A stretch of 60,236 nt of DNA, the filler included, from Nemertoderma westbladi (taxonomy: Eukaryota; Animalia; Xenacoelomorpha), in assembly GCA_032718475.1 (NCBI GenBank). It is 3 parts of 3 records of this genome, joined end to end, with 100 filler letters (N's around TTAATTAATTAA, not from the genome) between each part and the next. Parts side by side here need not be neighbours in the genome. Positions count along the whole stretch, not along the records: positions 48,427 to 60,236 come from JAUCBJ010004900.1; 2 more parts are not named here. The stretch is one strand, 5' to 3'. Positions 49,582-60,236 of this stretch are shown here, piece after piece. The position numbers and the translations under genes are program-made. The notes under the pieces were generated by a model that was not told where the DNA came from, did not search any database, and was given only the letters and a program-made list of their open reading frames with translations. Numbering within the stretch: position 1 is the stretch's first letter; the number at the start of each line of letters is the position of its first letter.

Positions 49582-52354
49582 CCGTAGAGGGGGGCTACAT
49601 TGATAGGTTTTGAGCATATATGGCTAAGCCAAAATGATACAATTACAGATACCTATATAGTATGGAGCTCATCTGGACGGGAAATATATAATGGTAAATA
49701 ATATTATATGTCCCAAGCACTAGAAATAGTGCTTGGGATATTTTTTAAAACACCTTTCCCTATCAACTTAGCCCCGCAGGTCGGGGCTACTTTGATACCA
49801 CTTCAGAATCACTTATAAATCAAATTAGCCCATTATATGGGGTTTCTTTGATATCCCTGAAAGTTTTTAAAAAAATAAGTTGGGACATAGTCCCCAAAAA
49901 AGTGATCAAATCTACGTAAAAAACACAAAAAAACCACTTGATATTCTATAAAATTGCAATTAGCACAACACCAAAACATGTTAATAAGTAGTATTAATAA
50001 TTTTAATAACAACACAATAATGGTTCACAATAACAAAACAAACACTTAAAAATAGTTAAAAATTAAAAACAACAAATCAAAACTATTAAAACAATTAAAA
50101 AAAAACACTTAAACTGTGAAAGAATACAACACTTTAATAAAAAATATTTAAAAGGATAAACAGGTGAAGTTTCTATTCTTCAATTACAATAGAAGCAGAA
50201 TCGTTCTCTATCTCTAAGTCTCTCATGATTATATCCCCATAGTTATTGTCATCCCCAATGTAATTATCCAATGACTCATGTCCAATGTCATCACAATACT
50301 CAGCAGTGTTATCACTGTAGTCATCTTCCTCGACCTCATCCGAATTGTCACAATCTCTCATCTCTAACTCACTGTCAATAGCATTGTCAGTATCACTATC
50401 TTCAGAATTATCCAGTACTTCAGCAAGGTCATTAGGATAATCACTTCCAATGTCAATCAGTTGTTCAATGTTAATTTCATCATTCTTACAGCCATTGCAA
50501 AACCACTTCTCCTTGTTACTATATTCGGATTCTTCCACACAGTCTCCACAGAACCACATATTGCATCCATCGCATTGCACCCACTGCTTCCTTGTATTCT
50601 TTCTATAACCCTTCGCACATTGCTTGCATTTATTGCTTTCCTTCTTTCTTATCTTTTCTTGTTTTTTGGCTAGCAGCTGGGTTGATGACATGGCCATCCC
50701 AGGCGTTGTTGGACCATCTTGCCCACCAACAGGGGCGTTACAATCTCCTTGGAGGAGTTCCATAACAGCTGCACTCAAACATATATTTAGATCATCATCA
50801 TCTTGAGGGATATCCTTGAGTACTTGTCTCCGATCCACAGGATATAACCCAGTTGTTTTAAATCCTGCCTCTAGATTCTTGCTCCTATGCTGCTCATCAA
50901 CAACTCGTTCTTTGAGACGTGTCAGAAGCATGGGCACTTGCGTTTTTGGAATCGCTACAGGTGGTTTCTTGCCATTCCTTCCCTTCCTGGTGATTTTCAC
51001 AGATTCAATACGCCACTTGGTTAGTATTGCCCGCCAAGCTGTCTTCAGAGGTCTGAAAAAGGCCACATCCAAGGGTTGTAGTATGTGAGTGGCATTAGGA
51101 ACAAGAGGAATATAACTAATATTATTTGATTCGCAGCTAAGAACAACTTTAATAGAGAGGTGGCTAGACAGATTATCACCAATAAGAATTTTTTTCCCAT
51201 TCAGTTTATTGGCAGCTGGTAGAAATACCTCGAAGTACCACCTTTCAAAAGTTGCCATATCGAACCATCCTGATTCTGTTGCATCATAAATTGTGCCGGA
51301 TGGCCCCCCTATTCCCCATTCCGGATCGTATCTTCCAGCTTTATATATCACCATAAGAGGCAATAAATTACCATCCGCAGACCCACTGAACATAAGAGAG
51401 ACCGCCTGTTTTGATTTTGAGATAATACGCTCCACACGTTTCAAACCACGCTTGCAGATAACCCTTTTGTCCCCAGGCTGGTTGCTCACATTGGTTTCAT
51501 CAAAATTGAAAATGTTAGATGGTGGAATCACATCTGTTACTTCAGCTTCGTAATTGTTAAAGAAGGCATTAAGTTGCTTCTCGCCAACCTCTGCCCTTGC
51601 GGGAGTAACATTGTCTGCGATGCGTTTGGTTAGCTTGTGTCTAACAAGGAACATCTCAAGCCAATCGCGTCCTGGAAGGTTTGTCTCGGGTCCTGCTTGA
51701 GTCCTTGCTGAGTTAAATTCTTTCACTACTTTCCCTGCATTATTTAGCATGTTTTGGACCATCATACGGACTTCAATCCCTTCAATTGATTTTCTCCAAC
51801 GAGCTAAGATATTTATGGCCTGTACAACTTTCACTTCCTCTTCATTAGTCATTGCTGTAGGATGACCAGCTAATCCCTCATGGTGCTTATTAATTCTATT
51901 CCACAGTGTCCCATAGGGTATTTTCAGCTTTTCACTTACACATTTAATACTTTCTCCATGTTCTTTAACTCGGCGAATTGCATTATTGAGAGTTTTATTA
52001 CCATAGTTTCGATAATTCCGTGCCCCTCGTTGTCTTTTATAGTGCCGAACCATACCGGAAGTGCCCAGAATTCAGTTATTCAGTTATTATATTTTGTACA
52101 TAGAATAGGCCTATATCTTTAACAGTACAAGAAAGTACCGATACTAAATTAAGGCTGTAAGGTTGTTTAGGTGTAATGACAGAATGATATCTGGTAGAAA
52201 GATATTATATTGTTGACTGTAGGCCTACCGCTACCGGTTCTGTACTGGAGTGCTGTTTATCTTATCATTAAGGTACAGTATTTGTGTCAAATATCAAAGA
52301 AGCCCCAGTGAAATCAAAGTAACCCCAGGGTATCAAAGTAGCCCCCTTCTACGG
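49582..52354 (-). mobile_element. Apparently intact pogo/Tigger-type (Tc1/mariner superfamily) DNA transposon
   Basis: TA|CCGTAGAGGGGGGCTACATTGATA ... TATCAAAGTAGCCCCCTTCTACGG|TA; subterminal GGGGCTACTTTGATA repeats at ~49760-49800 and ~52290-52330. Confidence 0.9.
50173..52053 (-). CDS. pogo-type transposase (HTH-psq, CENP-B HTH, DDE_1) with a C-terminal PHD finger, 626 aa
   Basis: IPYGTL, PGRDWLEMFLVRH, NFDETN, LIGDNLSSH, THILQPLDVAFF; CKQC...WVQCDGCNMWFCGDC...WFCNGC; acidic tail; uninterrupted frame. Confidence 0.9.
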   Translation of the reverse strand: MVRHYKRQRGARNYRNYGNKTLNNAIRRVKEHGESIKCVSEKLKIPYGTLWNRINKHHEGLAGHPTAMTNEEEVKVVQAINILARWRKSIEGIEVRMMVQNMLNNAGKVVKEFNSARTQAGPETNLPGRDWLEMFLVRHKLTKRIADNVTPARAEVGEKQLNAFFNNYEAEVTDVIPPSNIFNFDETNVSNQPGDKRVICKRGLKRVERIISKSKQAVSLMFSGSADGNLLPLMVIYKAGRYDPEWGIGGPSGTIYDATESGWFDMATFERWYFEVFLPAANKLNGKKILIGDNLSSHLSIKVVLSCESNNISYIPLVPNATHILQPLDVAFFRPLKTAWRAILTKWRIESVKITRKGRNGKKPPVAIPKTQVPMLLTRLKERVVDEQHRSKNLEAGFKTTGLYPVDRRQVLKDIPQDDDDLNICLSAAVMELLQGDCNAPVGGQDGPTTPGMAMSSTQLLAKKQEKIRKKESNKCKQCAKGYRKNTRKQWVQCDGCNMWFCGDCVEESEYSNKEKWFCNGCKNDEINIEQLIDIGSDYPNDLAEVLDNSEDSDTDNAIDSELEMRDCDNSDEVEEDDYSDNTAEYCDDIGHESLDNYIGDDNNYGDIIMRDLEIENDSASIVIEE

Positions 52355-52811
52355 TACTCTGCTACTGGCAGACTGGTATAGTCCTCCTAATTAAAAATAC
52401 CTAACGATAAGGTTAACACCTCAACACAGTAGGGCAGTAGGGTAAGACGGGGTAAAATGGGACATGCATATTTTTGGCCAATTTTTTTTTAAAAGCACTT
52501 TTAGGTCTGTTTTAATATATTTTTAATTGAGATACTAAATGTTACAATTACATTGTACGGTAATACTGTAGGCCTAATATAGCACATATGATGAGATCAA
52601 GATCATGCGATGAAAGCTGGAAAGCAATTTGTTAAGCGCGTATACACTTTAAAGTTAGGACACTTCCTATCATTCATTTTCTTCGACGTTATATGCATTA
52701 GAATCGCAATCATCGATTTAGTCAGTTAGTGGGTGTAGAACAAGTTCAAATGTCAAAATTCCTGATCGTTTTTGAGTTACACAGATTTGTAGTTTTACCT
52801 ACATACTACAT

Positions 52812-53305
52812 AGGCCTACTTAATATTATACTTGTGACCTCCTACATAGCTGCATAGTCGAGTCATGTTTGTTTAGTTTAAGAAGATATAATTTGTTTCC
52901 ATTTGCGTCTCTATTATTGTTTCTATGGTGTTTTGGTGTAATAAAAAACTTCAACTTCAACCTTGATAGATGTCTGGATGTAGATAGGCGTAAAGCCGTA
53001 AATAATGCCTGGATGATTTTTCTCTGGAATTGTTGAGTTTTATAGGGCTACTATTGCATTTAGTTATTAGGCCTGGCCTAGCTCTTATTATCGTAGACTT
53101 AGTATCATCATGAGGCCATACTGCCATACCATATAACTGTATAAAGCTGTAAGCGTAGAAGTTGAAGTTGAAGTTTTTTATTACACCAAAACACTATAGA
53201 AACAATAATAGAGACGCAAATGGAAACAAATTATATCTTCTTAAACTAAACAAACATGACTCGACTACCGGTATGTAGGAGGTCACAAGTATAATATAGG
53301 CCTAT
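52812..53305. repeat. ~150-bp-arm inverted repeat (MITE/foldback) nested in the pogo-like element
   Basis: 52812-52961 is the reverse complement of 53161-53305. Confidence 0.85.
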
Positions 53306-53819
53306 TCCATATTCACTAAGTATACAATTATTGCAATTCACCAATAAAATCAAATAATGAATGGGAGGATATGATGACTACTATTACAAGACAAATATTT
53401 TAGAATCGATTTCGAACGCAAACACTTACATTAAAATACGAACACAAATGCATTAAAAGTAAAGGTAAAACATACTGTATAAGATTACATTCTAATTAAA
53501 ACTTTGATATGTTCAATAAAACATGGCAGTGGTTGATTACATTAAGTGCTGGATTATAATTAACTAAAATTGAAATTAAAATTCGCCCCCCTGCTGTCCT
53601 GCATGCTTTAAAATTAAATTGTCATTATTTTAAAAAGTGTAGTAAGAACAAATTACTGTACATAGACAACGGAGAAGCAGGACATATATTAAAGAGAAAT
53701 ATAAAATATAGTTTGTCTGATACGGTTTGCAACGTAAATTTGAGTGAGGTGGCGCTTGAGGATTGCCTCATGAGATAAAACCTCGTTTCCATGAGGGTCC
53801 TCGAGGAGTAATACAAAAA

Positions 53820-54030
53820 TAGACAATATTTAAAATTCTAACTGAAATATACAATATTTAAAATTATAACTAAAATGGCCAATATTTAAAATCATAATTA
53901 AGACAGAGAATATTTAAAACTATAAATAAAATTGACAATATTTAAAATTATAACTAAAATGGAATATTTATGATTATAACTAAAATAGAAAATCTTTGAA
54001 ATTATTATTAAACTACTGTAGACAATTAAT
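53820..54030. repeat. ~29-bp AT-rich tandem repeat
   Basis: AATATTTAAAATTATAACTAAAAT... about 7 copies. Confidence 0.7.
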
Positions 54031-54846
54031 TAAAATAAAAACCGAAATTAATAAAAAAGAATAATAAAAAGAAAATAGACAAATACCGGTAGATCATAAA
54101 CAACTATTAAGATATAATATTTACAATCAATCATGATAAAAGACATCGATCTTTTAAGTTTAATGAACAGCCATTCATAGTTTATATTCCAATATTCTTA
54201 ATTCTTTGGTTCATATTATTCATTCATTCATAATTTCATACCGGTACTCTTATAATTTTAATTCTTTCTTTTATATTATCATACTCAACTCATAACTCAA
54301 TTTCTAGTACTGTAGTAATATAGCTCCTGAATAATATCGTTGTGCATTGTGCAATACTATACATAGTCCAGTAGTCCAATAAACATTATTATGTGCTAAA
54401 AATAATACATAGTTGGTGCCTTAATTGAAAGTAAAACTGTAAATCTCTGTGCGAAATTGTATAGAAATAGGTTTATTATTAAGAATTGTTAATTTCCAGA
54501 TTTCTATTATTTGTGTAACTCTACATATCCCTCATATTGGTCATTAAAAAAAAAGGTGTCCCACTTTACCCCGGATGTCCCACTTTACCCCACTCGGGGT
54601 AAAGTAGGACACTGCAATTTTTTTAAAAATAAACCACCTGAACCAAAGGCTCAGGGGTTTATTTTGGTACAATCTGATAGCCCAGAGTTCAAATGTACAG
54701 AATATCAGAATATGCTTTGATTATATCCATCCAGGAAAATCCTTCTTGCTTATAGAACCAAACATACCAAACTTGTCCCATTTTACCCCATCTTACCCTG
54801 CCGTACAGCCTTAAGTAAGTAGGCCTAACACTTAACAGTCTATTAC

Positions 54847-55340
54847 GGATACATGACCGAACATAATCAGGATCGAATGTAACATAGTTATTACGTATCG
54901 AACGTAACCGCAATTATGTTACATTGGATCTTACATTCGATCTACAAATTACTAAGCCCGAATGTAACATTGCCATTTAAAGGACCAGGTTACAGACTGA
55001 CAGAGGCGTGTTGGGGGAACCAAAACAATAAACGAAAGTTAACTTAACACATGTTACTTCAGTACTTACAGTTACAAGATTATGCAGGTTACTTAATTGG
55101 GTCTTGAGTCTTTGTTTTGTACTCACCATAACTGTTTCTTCCTGTAAATAAACAAAGCATTTCATTGGTTAACTCCTGAAATCAAAACACAACTGAAATA
55201 AATGTATGTTACATTCGAGCTTAGTAATTTGTAGATTTAATGTAACATAGTTATAGGATCCAATGTAACATAATTGAGGTTACGTTCGATTCATAAAAGC
55301 TATGTTACATTCGAGCCTGATTACGTTCGGTCTGTCACCC
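54847..55340. mobile_element. Mutator/MULE-type MITE
   Basis: 9-bp duplication GTCTATTAC (54838-46, 55341-49), GG...CC termini, long TIRs containing ATGTAACATA repeats. Confidence 0.8.
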
Positions 55341-55420
55341 GTCTATTACTGTAATACTGTAATAAGTCAAGCTATACTGCTATAGCCCAGTAGCTGTATA
55401 GGCCTACTGGCAAATAAATC

Positions 55421-57487
55421 ATGGAGTTATTTCGAGAGGCAGGCTTTCCTTATAAGATCGAGGGTCGGCAAGATGATCGCAGATCAAATAACTCGATTAC
55501 CGGGAGGCCTAGATGTCCTTTTGATGAAGAAGATATTAATTCGCTAATGCCGATTAATTTCGGGGTAAGTCCAGAAGTCTGTCAGTCGGTGATAGTGGAT
55601 AACGGTCTGACGGTGACAGTAAACAGTACCCCTACACTGCTACACAATCGGACAATAGGGGGGGGGGGGGGGGGGCAGTAAACAGTCCCCGTACACAACC
55701 AGGGAGGGGGGTAGGTCTAACGTGTTTCAGGGCAGGGCCTCAGTAGACCTACAGTACTGCAGTAACAGTACACACTACAGTGTGCTAGAGTGAGAATATG
55801 GAGTAAGTACAGTTACGGTATAGTACGCTTCTGTAACCTGCTCCTTTCCTTCAATTGGTAATGTGGCCGTTTATTGTTTTTGTTTGAAAAGTTGAAAGCC
55901 TGCCTCTGCACTCTGTAACACTGTAACATGGTCCTTTCCCCAATTGGTTTATGACGTGTGTTACTTATATTATGTGGAGGCCCCAAAGCAACTGGGGGGG
56001 GGGGGGGGGGGGGTAGACTACCGCCACCCCCTTCCCCCCTCCACTCCCCCCATGACAAAATTTCTGATTGTTTTATTATTTAATCTTGAGCAGAATTTAA
56101 TGACAATTTCAAATGTGAAAATAGCTCACAGTAGCGAGACATTTTAGTTCTCGAGTTATCGCTGTTTCTACGTATTACGGTCTGTCTGTCAAATTGTAAG
56201 ACAGACAGACAAACTAGATTCTACCAAACCTTAAAGCTGACAGCTGAAATAAAGTCAGCGATCCCGACCGAAATACCCCGTCCGCCGTAATTAAAGTTTT
56301 AGTTCGGTGGTGCGCTTATGTCCTTCTGGCTTCTGCCAGAAATTATTAACCAACCATACCACAGGCAGCCTGATTTGGCCCGAATGTTTACTTTGAAAGC
56401 AATTGCGAATTATCTCGGAATACAATTTTTCATTTTTCAAATTACCGGTACTACTCCTCCGAGAAATTTTCCTTCATTTTCTTATTTTACATATTACATA
56501 AGTTATTTTATTATTTTTAGGTGATAGAAAACAAGCAACATTTCCAGAACGAAGGCGGTCCCGGTCCACGAATCAAAATGAACCACGGAACTACCACTTT
56601 AGCCTTTAAATTTCAACACGGTATCGCGGTAGTTGTTGATAGTCGTGCTACTGCCGGATCATTCATCTGTTAGTTGTCGTCAATCCCATGTTTACATTTC
56701 TTTTCTATTTAAGTTAATTTTTATAATTGTCATTTCGTGTAATAAGAGACTAGCACTATAAATATAATAATAAGGTCATAGCAATTTATATTTTTGAGGT
56801 TTTTGTTATTCCCGGTTCTAGGGGTCTTACCCTCGAGTGTTAAGTTTATTCTTTATTTTTAAATCTTATTTTTAACCGGGTAGCGTCAAGGACAGTAGAG
56901 AAGGTTCTTGCAATCAACCAGTACCTTATCGGTACTATGGCCGGAGGGGCGGCTGATTGTATGTACTGGGAGCGGATACTCGCAATGCACTGCAATCTCT
57001 ACGAACTTAGAAACAAAAGACGCATTTCTGTAGCCGCCGCTTCGAAGATTCTTTGCAATTTAGTCTACAGTTATAAAGGGTCAAGACTCTCTCTGGGTAC
57101 GATGATTGCTGGATGGGATAGTAAGGTGCGGTATATTATACTAATTAATGCTAATTTTGTTTATTTTTTATGAATTGATGTTAATATTTAAACGTATTTT
57201 AAATACAATTTCGCGATCAATGTTTATGCTCGGCTGCGAGTCATTAAAATCTACTGTTTTTTTTGCAAACTTATCCTTATAGGGTCCAGGACTTTACTAC
57301 GTTGACAGCGACGGCACTCGTATTTCGGGTAACTTGTTTTCCGTCGGTTCCGGGTCGCCCTACGCTTACAGTGTCCTCGACACGGAATACCGGTGGGACT
57401 TGTCTGTCGATGAGGCTCTAGACCTTGGACAGAAAGCCGTTGTGGGCGCAACCTTTCGGGATTCCGCTAGTGGAGGATTTATTAATT
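55421..57487 (+). CDS. PSMB5: Proteasome subunit beta type-5-like; exons 55421-55564, 56521-56668, 56884-57125, 57283-57487; last exon not found in the window
   Basis: HG|[11 protein letters not shown]...[59 protein letters not shown]; GT-AG introns with compatible phases. Exon 1 (propeptide) is less certain. Confidence 0.88.
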
Positions 57488-57631
57488 GTATGTTTATTAG
57501 TGTTACTTACTACTTATTAAATATCCTTTTAGTACTTTACTTCCCATAAACACTATTGAATGTTGATTTTGAATTCACTTTGGCACTTTATAACTAGTTC
57601 CCGCTCTCATTTCTTTATTTCCCGGGAAATA

Positions 57632-59688
57632 CTACTACTACTAGTATCGGCATGCTGCAATGCAGCTGCATTTTTAAGAATGCTGTGCCGGCTTGTCAAC
57701 AAAATTGCACCGCCACAACTCCCTATCACCCATGACATTTGCTAGATCATCCGCATCTTCAAGGCCAGTGTCCTTTAAGATGCGTCTCAAGAAAGTCATG
57801 GGCTGTCCACCATGCTTATTCACTCCATGAGGCTGCCAAAGTACAAGATTATGCACTGGCTGGTCCTCACGGCGAAAGCAATGTCCTGCAAAGCGGAGGC
57901 GATTTTGTTCTAGTGTCAAGCTTGGGGGAACCAATGAGACACCTCCAATGTTATATAGTGTCTAGTTGGAGATGTGTGCATTGTACTTGACACAGTGAAC
58001 CCGGCGTAGCATTCTTGTGAATGTGCCATCCATGGATTTGGTGTCATCAGCAGTTAGAGCCCAGCATGGACTCCCGTAGAGGAGTACTGGAACTACTGCT
58101 GCTCTAAATAATCGGACCTTAAGTTTCCGATTAATTCTCGGTGACTTCCAAATCCTGGAAAGCCTATTCAAGGCTGCCCATGCCTTTCCCTTACGTATTC
58201 GAAGGTCCTCACCTGACTTCCGGATCCATGATCCCAGGTAACAGAAGTCGTCCACATGCTCAAGCATACCATCCTTTGAGCTTATGCTCATCCGATCAGA
58301 GACTTGCTGAGGACTTTCAAAGTTAACTGTCAGAATTTTGGTCTTTCTGGAGTTAATAAAAAGACCAACACTAGAAGCAGCATGTTCTAATGAGCTGAGG
58401 AGCCGTTGGGCTCCCTCTAATGATTCTGAGAGTACTCCTAATTCACCAGCAAAGTCTAGATCAGTTAGGTACTTGGCAGGATTTCCTCGACTTCTGGAGC
58501 CAGTAGGTGGAGTTATCATCACCCCATCATCATTATGATGATCTAAGGACATGCGTAGAACATAGTCAACCACAATAATGAACAAGAATGGTGCAAGTGT
58601 GTCTCCTTGGAGGACGCCCCATAACACTTCAAATGGTTCTGTGTCACCATCAACAGTAGACACAAATGTTGTCGAACCATCGTATACTGATCTGATTGCT
58701 GCAATAATTTCATCAGGAATCCCATATAATGAAAGTATGCTGAACATACGTGAGCGAGAGACTGAATCAAAGGCCTTGAAGAAGTCAACAAAGATAACAG
58801 CCAGATGCCTGTCTTTCTTTTTTGATAACTCTTCAATTATCCTTCTAAGTGCCAAAATGGGCTCCATGGTCCCACGACCTTTACGGAACCCATTCTGATT
58901 TCCACGGAGCAGTCTCTCAATGGGATCCCTGATGCGATTTAATAGAATTCTATTGTATAGCTTTGCAGCAATCGAGATCAATGAGATTCCCCGAAAAGAA
59001 CCATAGAGTGTTAGGTTGCCCTTCTTGGGAACTGGCACCAACTTATTTGTTTTCATTTCTTGTGTGACTCTTGTTGTTCGGTACATGTCTACTATGATGG
59101 GATAGATGAGCTTTAAACACTCAGGTATTTTAAAGACCTCAGGGGGAACACCATCTACTTCACTGGCACGATTGGTCTTAACGCTCTTTGCAGCAGCCTT
59201 CACTTCTGCAAAGGAGATATCGCCAATGGGAATATCTGGAAGTACAGACTCAGACACTTTTACTTCTATAAAGTTATCCGGCAATACCCTGTCATTATTG
59301 AGGAGCTTTTCAAAGTGGGCCTTCCAACCTTTGAGGCGATCGGCTGGTGATTCAGCCTTAACCTTGGTGGTTGGTTGGCTTTTCCGCCCAGTAAGCAGAT
59401 TGATCGATTTCCATGCCTGGGATGATTGCCTGCTGTCGTCAGCATCATTGATGGCATCAACCTGTTGGTTTATTAGCTCCTGTAGATTAGCAGAGTACTG
59501 CCTGTTCAGGGACCTAGATGCAGCCTTAACTGCATTCTTGGCCGCTGTAGTCTGTTTGAGTCGGGACTCTTTCTGCGCCCTTATGAAGGTCATTTCGGCA
59601 CTTCTGAATTTTGTTGTCAGTCCAGGGGGCCCTTTTCTTGTTTCGAGGATATACAGGAACTGTTTCTGCAGCTGCTAAAAGCTGCTTC
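57632..59688 (-). mobile_element. 5'-truncated RTE LINE in a PSMB5 intron
   Basis: RT motifs FRGISL, QNGFR, FVDFFKAFDS, GVLQGDTLAP; catalytic motif altered to FAGE; (TAG)n tail; 12-bp TSD TCCCGGGAAATA (57620-31, 59689-700). Confidence 0.92.
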
Positions 59689-60128
59689 TCCCGGGAAATA
59701 ATGTCTAAACTAAGAAACATTTTGTGGAATTTCTCTAATTTGATCACATGAATCAACTTATCAATGGAAAAAAACGATGAAAATACTAAAATCCGGCTCT
59801 GCCATTAGTAAGAAAGGTTGTCGAACTATCATCACACATAACAAATTTCGTAGCATTTGATTTAAATTTGAAAAAATAGGGGGGGTGGGGGAGTAGGGGG
59901 GGGGGGGCTCCGAATTTTATAAAATGGTTGCAGTTTTATTGAAGGAGACGGTGTATTCGTTTTAATATATACTAGCAAAACCCGTGTATGAAATATAAAT
60001 TGAGAGTCTGAAAGTGAAATACAGGTACAACAGTACTGTATTAAATCGAATATATCGTATTGTTTTAAGTTTCGATTATTTATTAATTAGATACCTGCCG
60101 GTACGGTAGCCCGTACGTCAACCTGCAG

Positions 60129-60236
60129 TAGGGATGCGACAGAGCTCCGGAGCTCCGGGTCAATTCTCCGGCTCCGGGCAAATTAACCCAGAGCCGATCG
60201 GAGGTATGTTGTTAAAATTCAATTAAATTTTTTTCT
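60129..60236. mobile_element. Possible left end of a hAT-like element
   Basis: TAGGGATG terminus followed by CTCCGG subterminal repeats; the partner end would lie outside the window. Confidence 0.3.

Larger units (their letters stand above)
52435..54803. mobile_element. Non-autonomous pogo-like element
   Basis: Left CAGTAGGGTAAGACGGGGTAAAATGGGACA is inverted to right TGTCCCATTTTACCCCATCTTACCCTGCCG|TA; subterminal TGTCCCACTTTACCCC repeats at ~54557-54610. Confidence 0.7.

Noticed and set aside
4466-59678. Antisense ORFs overlapping real genes or TEs (e.g. 4466-4900, 40019-40534, 59106-59678)
   Set aside because: Shadow frames of coding sequence on the opposite strand with no independent motifs.

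Overview
AT-rich animal (invertebrate-type) genomic DNA with spliceosomal introns, two assembly gaps and a heavy, nested transposon load. Host genes: intronless TIPRL (-); a 5-exon WDR77/MEP50 (+); two tandem SLC9C-type (sperm sNHE-like) Na+/H+ exchanger paralogues (-) with an intronless TREX1-like DEDDh exonuclease between them; and four exons of a divergent PSMB5-type proteasome subunit (+). Mobile DNA: an RTE-X-like LINE interrupted by an EnSpm/CACTA-type insertion, two RTE LINEs plus one fragment, an apparently intact pogo-type transposon encoding a DDE+PHD transposase, and MITEs with Harbinger-, Mutator- and TA-type target duplications. The most unusual observations are: (1) a ~2.8 kb satellite filling the last WDR77 intron, built from amplified copies of that intron's own 3' splice site and the first exon bases (about 30 CAG|GTG decoys, only the last authentic); (2) a TG...CA, LTR-like repeat-bounded element carrying one 482-codon multi-zinc-knuckle frame split by a single in-frame TGA, preceded by a G-U-supported hairpin; (3) complementary degeneration of the two SLC9C paralogues; (4) pervasive TA-NNN(N)-TA motifs resembling transposon excision footprints. 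All family assignments come from motif recognition by eye; no database searches were run.
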